From positions 180,792,001 through 180,856,000 of the forward strand of contig NC_042997.1 in NCBI RefSeq assembly GCF_006345805.1: a stretch of DNA of 64,000 nt, in the 5' to 3' direction. The translations under genes were made by a program, and so were the position numbers. This DNA is from Octopus sinensis (taxonomy: Eukaryota). The notes below the pieces were generated by a model, which had not been told where the DNA came from, did not search any database, and was given only the letters and a program-made list of their open reading frames with translations. Of this stretch, positions 54,518 through 64,000 are shown piece by piece (the first letter of the stretch is position 1; every line of letters begins with the position of its first letter).

Positions 54518-55205
54518 GGTCTTGTTTTGACTTTCTGAAGGCAGAGTGCCCAATACTAGAGTAGAGATTAATAATATTTTTATATTTTAGGTTGTCTCAC
54601 TCATTTAATTTTCTGTAGTCTTGCCTGTGATAGCCCTGGATAATGCAACCCCTGCACATTGAGGGGTACTTATTTAATCTTTAGCACTCTGCATTTTCTC
54701 TCAAGCTGTTTACCCTGATACTGCCCTGTTCGTACAGGAGAGAAAACGCATACGGTGACATAATGCACCTACAATATAGCAACAGCTATAGAGCGACTAA
54801 CTACTAAGTCATCTTTCTCAAATATAATATATAAAGAATATAATAAAGTTCATTTCCGTATCATATACTCTCATAGGGTTGGTTTCACAGTTTCCATGGC
54901 CTGACCTGAAAAAAGAAAGTGACACGATACAGCAAAATCCCAAATGATGGATAGGCTACACCTTAAGGAAACCATAGTCAGGCCCTGACCTAAAAGCTGC
55001 AAGGTATGCAAAAAGAGGACGCCCTAAAATTTGTTGTCGACGTCCAAATGGCGAGTCGTAGAAAAGGTAGCCCTGAACAATGGATGAAATTAGTCGATAA
55101 CCCCCACAAGGAGCGAAGTGCTTAAGTGAGCTAGCCCTATATATAGGAAATTGGGCAGAATGGCCAGAGCGTCAGATAGAATGATCATAATATTCGTTTC
55201 TGGTG

Positions 55206-55410
55206 AGGCGACGAGCTGGCAGACACGTTAGCACGCCGGGCGAAATTCTTAGCAGTATTTCACCTGTCTTTACGATCTGAGCTCAAATTTCGCCGAGGTC
55301 GACTTTGCCTTTCATCCTTTCGGGGGCGATAAATTAAGTACCAGTTGTGTACTGAGGTCGATCTAATCTACTGCTCCCCTCCCATAAAATTTTGGGCCTT
55401 ATGCCTAGAG
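55206..55410 (+). mobile_element. SINE family C, alternative tail (...aaattttgggccttatgcctagag)
   Basis: Same head and core as 53374; 3' end resembles the 60763 and 61079 copies. Confidence 0.85.
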
Positions 55411-55524
55411 TTTCTGGTTTTTGCACTTTATGTTCAAATCCCTTCTACTTCATCTACTGGTTGATAAATATAGTACCAGCAAGTGCTGAAGTCAATTCTT
55501 TAACCGATCTCACTTTATTTTTCC

Positions 55525-55555
<31 letters not shown>

Positions 55556-56440
55556 TATATATATATATATATATCCCTCTCTCTCCTCTCAGTCTCTCCC
55601 TCTTTCTCTCTCTCTCTCTTTCTTCCCGTCTCACTCATTGTTTGTATTTACAAGAAATCTGCTGTAATTAAACTGAGAGAATGATTTATTCAGCCGAGTT
55701 TAAGTAAACAAGATGCAGCGTATTTGACGACTGTGCTCAACTCTCTCGGGAATTGTGAGCCCCAAAAATGATGGACAATTTATAATTCCGGAAGAGAAAC
55801 AGAGGTGTCATAACTGGTATAATTTTTATGATAGTCCCATACTATAAAGACTCACCTGTGATTACACAACTATCTTGAAACCGTCGTTTCTATTACATCC
55901 ACAGATTTTAAATCTAAAAATGTATTAATATATCCCATAAGGTTTTCCATATCAAATTACTCATTCGTACTTCCTTTTGATACGTATTCCCTAGAAATCA
56001 CCTATTACCAAAATAAACACGTAGTAATTTATGTATAGAAAAGTACACTATTTGATATAGGCAGCAGAACAATACAGCAAGATATAAATAGAAAGATGTT
56101 GCTTTTCTCTTCGCTCTTCGTGATAAAAAGAAAATGCCCCTGTATCATATCATACATTATCATCATATTTAATGCAAGCAAAATTGAGATTTCTCTCGTA
56201 ACACATTCCAGGTTGTCTAATAGTAATTTCTTAAGAATTTTGTGTTTTGATCATGTTACTCGGCTGTTTATTTTCCGACGTGTTTTATCGATAAGCGGCG
56301 TCTACCACATTTATGAAACACGACCAAACCATTATATTATTCTTTGAATTCTTACTCGATCTTGTTATCTCCTCTGAAGTTTCTTCGTTGTCATTCAACA
56401 CTGATATATGCGTGTGAGTCTCCGTGTGTGTGTGTGTGTG

Positions 56441-56494
<54 letters not shown>

Positions 56495-58077
56495 GTGTGC
56501 GTGTTAGTTTGCGCGAGTATATGTGTGTAATGTGAGTGTAGGCATGTAAGTACATGTATATTATACGTAAATACCCAAGCATTGAAATTAATAATAAACA
56601 TTGATATAAAAATACATTTATCCATATGTGCTCATGTATATGTGTGTGTGTTTGTGTGTGCTTGTGTATGTGTGCGTATGTGAGTGTGCGTTGAGAAGGA
56701 GAGGGAGAGAGAGAGAGAATAAGAAAAAGAAACAGATAAATAGATAGATAGACAGATACGCAATTGATACTTATACTTGCTTACATTTGACTAAATTATG
56801 CGTGTAACAAACGATAGATTACTCAATACTCTCCTGCAATTTTCAGATTTCCAATTGCATAGAAAAAGAACATTCATTTCCACAGTTCGCATGTTTTACT
56901 TCTATTTTCAAAATTTTGGCTTTGCTTGTTTAGGGTATTGTGTATGTGGATACCTCCCTATCTATCTACCAACCTACCTATCTACCTATCTACCTACATA
57001 CCTACCCCTCTACCTACTTACCTACCATCCTACTTACATACATACACACATGCATGTATATATGTGTGTGTGCGTGTGTGTGTGCGAGTGTGTTTGTGTG
57101 TGTCTGTGTGTGTCTCTGTGGGTGTGTGTATCCACACATACACATACAGACATACTCATATGTATATAGATATATGTATAAGTATGTACATACACATAAA
57201 CATACAGTTAAACATAAGCGTACATACATATACATACACTCATACACACATACATACATTCATACCTACCTACCTACTTACATACATACATACATACATA
57301 CATACATGCATACATGCAAACATACATACCTACATAGACAGAAGGATAGGTAGATATGAGTATATACATATATATATATACATACAAGCATGTGTGTGTC
57401 TGTGCGCGCGAATTTTATTTGATATTAAATTTACGATAGTAGTACCTGTGTTGTTTACCGTCTTATTTTCAATATATGGAGAAGCCGTGTATCGAATCTC
57501 ACCCCATAGATCATTCTCAGCATATATCAGCCGGGAAGCCATACCTCCTTGACAGAATCTTATATCAAAGATGCCCTTCTCTTAGGTTAAATATTATCTA
57601 TCTTTTATCTTGCTTCTTTACTTGTTATTAGCTTGGATTGATGTTGCTACCTTTTAGAACAGTTAAACCACATTGTCTGAAATATGTCTGCCTTGTTTCG
57701 GAATATCAATGCAGTTTGATGGGAACAAATGATCAACCAGTGCCAGATAACCTACATCTATTTGTGTATTTATACATCTATGACAGCTGGAGCAGCCTTG
57801 ATATGCGAGTGTTTGTCAGTGGGAAATCCTATACAGGAGTGATTATAAACTACTTCAATAAAGAGAATCCGAAAAGTCACGCCCAGTTATTTGAATGCGT
57901 TAGGTATACTATTGATGTGAATTCAAACGGAAAAGGCATTTGAAAAAAAAATACCACTAAATGTAAAATATCACCAACGTGTTATAAAAAATGGCGTGGA
58001 TGATTTTGATTAAATTTTACACGTTTGATATTATACGTATGTATCTGGTGTGCGTGTGTGTAGGCGTTTGTATGTGC

Positions 58078-58150
<73 letters not shown>

Positions 58151-58173
58151 TGTGCCCGTGCGTGTGTGTATAT

Positions 58174-58205
<32 letters not shown>

Positions 58206-58307
58206 CGTGTTTGTTTAGGAGAGAATTCACAAAAACACAAAAGACGAAGACAGATGGTGTAGACAACAAACAGATGTATTACTATAACGCGCGGGAAGTG
58301 TAAAGGT

Positions 58308-58343
58308 GTTTAAAGTTTCGAGCCTACGCTCTTCCACAGAAAG
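58308..58343 (-). ncRNA. Degenerate minimal hammerhead-like motif (A6 to U)
   Basis: CUUU-CUGUGGA-A-GAGC GUAG GCUC-GAAA-CUUU-AAAC; same layout as 47364. Confidence 0.35.
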
Positions 58344-58437
58344 TAACACAGAAAGAAAAAAATTAATGGTCGAGTGTGTCATGCGAATGTTTTACAAAAC
58401 ATACACACATCCAAGTGTATGTGTGTGTGTGTGATTG

Positions 58438-58515
<78 letters not shown>

Positions 58516-58779
58516 AGTGCTCAACATCGTATTTGTGGATATAAATTCTTTATTCGTGGTTTAACAATATTATTATACAGATCACAGGAGGTAACTTATA
58601 GGAAAACCATAATTGTTCTCTCCTTTGTTTTAGCATATATCCAGCATATGTTTATGAGGGTGTATGATTTTTATACACAATGTTCATCCATTTTATATAA
58701 TCAGTGTTTACCGAACTTATTCAGGTTGAAGTGGTGGCGAAGTGGGCGAGAAGTCATGCTTGAAATTTCGAAATAGGAA

Positions 58780-59990
58780 TTATGATTTATGCATGCAGGA
58801 GAGGAGGTGTCCACCATAATGTTTATAAATTTCACTGTTGAGGTTATGATATTTGAGTTTTCGGTGGTGGAAAGCTCTCATTTGTTACCCCGTTCCCTGT
58901 ATTTGCCGGCCTTAGTTATGGTGCTCCAGTTTATATGGGGTTTGCTCACTCGTCTCTCTTTAAGTGTCCATTACATATCGAGTTAAGATGTATGTATCTT
59001 TTGTCTCCGAACGAATCCAAATGCTGCTTATATATTTCTTTAAAGGCATTTCCCGTCATTCCAAAGCAAGTTTTTGTTGCTCGGTCCGTCATGCTGACGT
59101 TCTACTCTACTTCTTTTTCCAATGACTTGTTCAAGAGACAGCTGTCCAGTAATCTAAAATTCAGCAAGTGCTGTCTGAGAGACAACATGCGACTTTCGAA
59201 GGCTGTCTGCACAAGCTCAAGACTCTATTTCCTTCATTCCTTCTTAAATAGAGGCTGTTGATATCACTGCTATTGTGGAATTTTCTGCTTGATATAGGGA
59301 TCTCGCGGGCTTTAACTTCTATGGAGTGAAATTCCTCAATAGATCAGTAAAGTATCTCATCAGTTGGAATTAGCACTGGTACAGCAAATGGAGTGTGAGA
59401 TATTGTCTTGTAAGAGGAGAATTCTGAATTTCATATTTTTCTGTGTCTGGTATAATATTCTCTGGTCACTCTATCTTTATTCACAGAAAGTTCGTATATG
59501 TTTTTATCCATGCCCTGATATTTGAAGCATTTTTTGAGTGGAACAGGAGAGATAATGTGACCGTTGATGCCAAGGGTTTGGGTTTGGGGAATGATTTTCC
59601 ACGTTCAGCAATCAAATATGAACATTTCTTTTGGCTAAATATCATTCCTATGTCAGCCAAAAATTCCAGCTGTTTTTTTGGCATTGGTAACACTTTTAGC
59701 ATAAATTTTGATGTCATTCACGAAGTAATTATGGGTTATCCTAATATTTCTAGCAGTTGCAGAATCAAACATGTTGTCATTTGACTTTTGTAACAGGAAT
59801 GATAATGGATTTAATGCCAAAATGAATACAATTACAGAAAGACTATCTCCTTGGAATATTCTCTCAGAAATATTGATAACATTGGAGACACTCATTCTGC
59901 CCTCTGCATGCATATATGTTCGTAATGAACGTTTTTAAAGAAATTTTTGCTCCTATATTCTTGGTTTTATTTGCCAAAAATAAAGAAAAA
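58780..59990 (-). mobile_element. Old RLE-type (R4/Dong-like) LINE relic
   Basis: RIFQGDSLSVIVFILALNPLS, HNYFVNDIKIYAKS (decayed DD motif), DIGMIFSQKKCS, FHNSSDINSLYLRRNEG. Confidence 0.72.
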
Positions 59991-60057
59991 CTATTAGACA
60001 TGGAGATTTGTAGCACGCCACAAACCAACGTAACTTTATTATTATTATCATTATTAT

Positions 60058-60221
60058 TCAGAAGTCTTATTTTTATCACGTGCTTTCACTGCACTACTAA
60101 GCGCAGCTTTGTGTGTCTTGGGTATGTGCTTTGGTTTGTTGTGATGCTCTTATTTTTACGTAGAATGTCAGCGGTATATATGTTATATATATTTGTTAGT
60201 CCTAGTGTTTTTGTAATGTTC

Positions 60222-60222
<1 letters not shown>
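60058..60222 (-). mobile_element. 3'-terminal fragment of the Dong-like family, in an (AAT)n tract
   Basis: Aligns to 42339-42540 (gctttcact..actac..agcgcagct.tgtgtg.cttgggtatgtgct); (ATT)n at 60038-60057 and 60222-60425. Confidence 0.85.
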
Positions 60223-60281
<59 letters not shown>

Positions 60282-60283
60282 CC

Positions 60284-60362
<79 letters not shown>

Positions 60363-60426
60363 CATTATCCTTATTATTATTATTATTATTATTATTATCA
60401 TTATTATTATCATTATCAATATTACT

Positions 60427-61296
60427 AAGGGGGCAAGCTGGCAGAATCGTTAGCGCACCGGACAAAATGCATAGCAATATTTCGCCTGTCACCATGTTCT
60501 GAGTTCAAATTCCGCCGAAGTCGAGTTCACATTTCATCCTTTCGGAGGTCGATAAAATAAGTACCAGCTGAACACTATGTTCGATGTGATCGATTCATCC
60601 CTCCTCCAAAATTGCTGCCCCTGTGGCAAAATTTGAAACCACTATTATTATTATAGTTGTTGTTGTTGTTTTTGTTGTTGTTGTTTTTGTTGTTGTTGTT
60701 GTTTTTGTTGTTGTTGTTGTTTTTGTTGTTTTTGTTGTTTTTGTTGTTGTTGTTGTTGTTTTAAACCCGCGAGTTGGCAGAATCGTTAGCATACCGGGCG
60801 AAATGCTTAGCGGTATTTCGTCTACCCTTACATTCTGAGTTAAAATTCCGACGAAGCCAACTTTGCCTTTCGAGGACGATAGAATAAGTACCAGCTGAAT
60901 ATTGGGGTCGATGTTATCGCCTAGTCCTCTCCCCACGAAATTTCAGGCCTTGAACCTATAGAAGAAAGGATTATTATATTTATTGTCAGCGGGAAGTTTA
61001 GCTTAATCGGTAGAATATTCAGCCGGCATCTGGGAGGTGCGTTTCGCGTCTCGTGGCTGTCTGCTGACAATTAAAACAAGTCGGCCAACTGGCAGAATCG
61101 TTAGGATGCTAGACAAAACGCTTAGCGGCATTTCGTCCGTCCTTGCATTCTCAATTCAAATTCCACTGGGGTCGACTTTACCTTTCATTCTTTCGCGGGT
61201 GAAGGAAATAAGTACAAGTTACGCACCGGAGTCGATGTAATCGACTGGGCGCTTCCCACAAAAATTTCAGGCCTTGTACCTATAGTAGAAAGGATT
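60427..61296 (+). mobile_element. Three head-to-tail SINE family C copies (60427-60641, 60763-60976, 61079-61296)
   Basis: Each has tggcagaatcgttag...caaattcc...gataaaataagtac...gtcgatgt; separated by (GTT)n at 60655-60760 and followed by (CTT)n at 61296-61399. Confidence 0.88.
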
Positions 61297-62827
61297 CTTC
61301 TTCTTCTTCTTCTTCTTCTTCTTCTTCTTCTTCTTCTTCTTCTTCTTCTTCTTCTTCTTCTTCTTCTTCTTCTTCTTCTTCTTCTTCTTCTTCTTCTTCG
61401 CGTGTGTGTGTGTATTAATATGCATATTCGGTATATGTTAAAGATGTGTGTAGATTTTCAGCGAGTAAATGTTCCTTCGTGGCAATTTAGATTACAAAAT
61501 CATGCCTACGTACATGCTTCAACGTTTCGCAAACTGACAACTTTCCACTATTTATAGTTTCTAAAATAAACCCATTCTCATATATGCTATTTTTAACCAA
61601 GTTACCATGAAGATAGTTTTAGGTTTGATTGCATGCATTTATGTACATATCTGATCACAACACAACAAATATTATTCATATGGGATAACAAAAATGAATA
61701 AACCCCGGTAAGACATATCAAGAACTATTAGAATACAGTAGGATATTAACTAGCAAGTTTACACTGCATTCTAACCAAATATTAAATACGTGATACTTTT
61801 AAAAACCAATGTCGACTTTGTTTTTTAAATTCAATGATGCAGACTTCTTGACTGCTATGAGAAATTAGCAATAATTGCAATGAAACTTTATATTTTTATT
61901 TTCCTATATTTTTCATTAGTTCATCGGTAGTTTTCTATTACTCCACTGAACCCTTGTTGCAAGTTACTTCAGTAGAATAAACTGTTGAATTGCTTTTCAC
62001 AAAACTACTCTGAGACATAAAACACAATTTATCTCATTTTCATTCAACACCTAAGTCTTACTTCTTTTAATAATATATCAGTCACGAAATGAAAGTTAAT
62101 CATATAGCAAAGTCATAGAACTAAAACTTCACTTACAGACTACATGATTAACTTCCATATGAATAACAGCAATTTAGTTCATTAGCCTTTTTGGAAAGTT
62201 GTTATATATTTATGGGCTTTTATCTACTGAAGTATTCCGTTATAGATTTTGTCGCCAAATTGCGAGAACGGGAACTTTGATGCCTGAAAATATATGTAGT
62301 ATATCTAATAAATTTAGATATGGCCTCCTTGTGAAAATATACTTTAAACAGATCACAGAATTTCGGATGTCTATTAAAGAAAGATCAGATCGGCTAACAC
62401 ATGTTTTGCCTACATAGACCTCTTGATTGTAACCTTCAGTTTTCTCTCCTAAATTAGAAAAAAAGAAGGAAAAAATCTAGGATTTTTATTAATATTAGAA
62501 ATATTGAATTTCTAAATGTCTCAGAGAGACATGAGCGGTGGTGGGGCGATATAGTGGTTGTATACTGTCAGCTCAACGTGACAGTCCCATAAGGTAATTA
62601 CACCACCGCCATTTAGCCCTAGGAAACAGTTTAAAATAGTTTAAATACGTTTATCGTACGATAATTTACTGTTCGGAAATAATCCGGCTTTTGAGTGTTG
62701 AATCAAAGTATTCCACTCAGAATTCAAAAGATGAAATAGATGTTGGAGCGTTTCTTTACTTCCAGCAATCACTTACAATATAGCTATACAGCAGGAATTA
62801 ATAATTTTAATAAAACATTGCTTGTAC

Positions 62828-62983
62828 CTTGAAAGTCTTGAAAGTCCAGTGTAACCATCATCTGAACTCTTTGGGATCAGGGCCAGTGTAGACAGTAGGT
62901 TACTTTTCATTCCCCTGTTTTTACGTAGAATACAAATTCGATCATTCCAGTAATGTCCTACAGCATTTCCGATGTTGAGACAC
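62828..62983 (-). CDS. Candidate internal coding exon of an unidentified host gene (156 nt, frame-preserving)
   Basis: Acceptor ttttacaatccctgcttttgtAG|, donor AAG|GTacaa; one open frame: CLNIGNAVGHYWNDRICILRKNRGMKSNLLSTLALIPKSSDDGYTGLSRLS. No homology confirmed. Confidence 0.3.
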
Positions 62984-63022
62984 CTACAAAAGCAGGGATT
63001 GTAAAAGTAACTTTAATTATAT

Positions 63023-63432
63023 AGGCGCAAGAGTGACTGTGTGGTAGGTAGCTTACTTACCAACCACATGGTCCCGGGTTCAGTCCCACTACATGGCACC
63101 TTGGGTAAGTGTCTTTTACTATAGCCTCGGGCCGACCAAAGCCTTGTGAGTGGATTTGGTAGACGGAAGCTGAAAGAAGCCCGTCGTATATATATATATG
63201 TATGTATGTGTGTGTTTGTGTGTCTGCGTTTGTCCTCCCAACATCGCTTGACAACCGATGCTGGTGTGTTTACGTCCCCGTAACTTAGCGGTTTGGCAAA
63301 AGAGACCGATATAATAAGTACTAGGCTTCTAAAGAATAAGTCCTGGGGTCGATTTGCTCGACTGAAAGGCGGTGCTCCAGCATGGCCACAGTGAAATGAC
63401 TGAAACAAGTAAAGATAAAGAGAAAGAGAGAG
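63023..63432 (+). mobile_element. SINE family A, full length
   Basis: tRNA-like head with B-box-like gggttcagtccc, ccttgggtaagtg body, internal microsatellite, 3' ggcggtgctccagcatggccacagtgaaatgactgaaac and AG-rich tail. Confidence 0.92.
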
Positions 63433-63845
63433 GTGTGTATTGTGTATGACACAGTTATAAAATCATCGCCAAATAAAGTCCTTTATTGGAAAAAAAAGCA
63501 AATAATTAAACACTCTAAAAAATATTTCGAACTGTAAAAATATTGCAAGAATATCGCAATTGTTAGGGTGTAACTTTTATGTCTTACAGGACATTATTCA
63601 TCTGTAGATGTGAATTTCTTAACTATTTACAATGTCTAAGAAATGCACCGTCAGAATATGAAAGCATCCACCTGTTATTCTCTCATTTTTTTTGTGTTGG
63701 TATCTTTCATTACATTGCCTTTGTTAGATGCATGTCAGACAAGACTTTAAGTCTGGACAACAAACCGCACAAATGATCATCAAAAAATAAAACAGTGATA
63801 TGTAGTACCATTCACGCAAATTCCATCCAAAACTTTTATTAATAA

Positions 63846-64000
63846 CTAGCAGTATCGCCCGGCGTTGCTCGGGTTTGTAAGGGAAATAACTATATAAGCA
63901 TTTTTAGAGATCTAAAGTATAATAGCCATCTCAATATGGCTAATCACAAGGGGGGGGGGTGTTATTGTAACTTTTTACGTTCTGAGATTTAATAATAAAT
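63846..64000 (-). mobile_element. Non-autonomous Helitron-type element, 3' part (runs off the window)
   Basis: Reverse complement of ~23825-23979, including the hairpin and CTAG|T terminus. Confidence 0.88.

Noticed and set aside
54870-55200. GC-richer blocks that may be LINE 5' UTR relics (also ~10800-11160, 28780-29130, 29810-29990)
   Set aside because: Probably old repeats, but there is no second copy in the window and no diagnostic motif, so no family call is possible.
57632-57903. Plus-strand open segment bounded by AG and GT (ORF 57638-57943)
   Set aside because: The donor is weak, there is no recognisable domain, and no other exon supports a plus-strand gene.

Overview
Eukaryotic, very AT-rich, repeat-saturated DNA with no prokaryotic features and no intact protein-coding gene; it reads as intergenic or deep intronic sequence. 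The SINE families resemble those I know from octopus genomes, so Octopus/coleoid origin is an inference. Contents: two decayed APE+RT LINEs of the CR1/L2 (Jockey) group lying tail-to-tail (1.2-5.3 kb +, 6.3-9.2 kb -) plus shorter relatives; an RTE fragment; a near full-length but internally deleted R4/Dong-type RLE LINE sitting in an (AAT)n tract, plus a 3' fragment and an older relative; mariner and maT-like transposase relics; non-autonomous Helitrons; a long-TIR MITE; about 17 copies or fragments of three tRNA-derived SINE families; and many (TA)n, (GATA)n and trinucleotide tracts, which generate nearly all ORFs in the supplied track. The most notable signal is a set of type I hammerhead-ribozyme-like motifs in short Penelope-LTR-like elements. 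One is a 198-bp, TSD-flanked element (29581-29778) whose 129-nt near-perfect hairpin places a hammerhead motif on each strand. Also notable: a LINE/SINE shared 3' stem-loop, tandem CCCH fingers in a LINE ORF1 region, an ~850-bp foldback, a templated insertion inside a SINE, a near-identical 1-kb tandem duplication, a pre-miRNA-like hairpin and one candidate coding exon. All alignments and folds were done by eye, so element boundaries are approximate unless a TSD or TIR is quoted.
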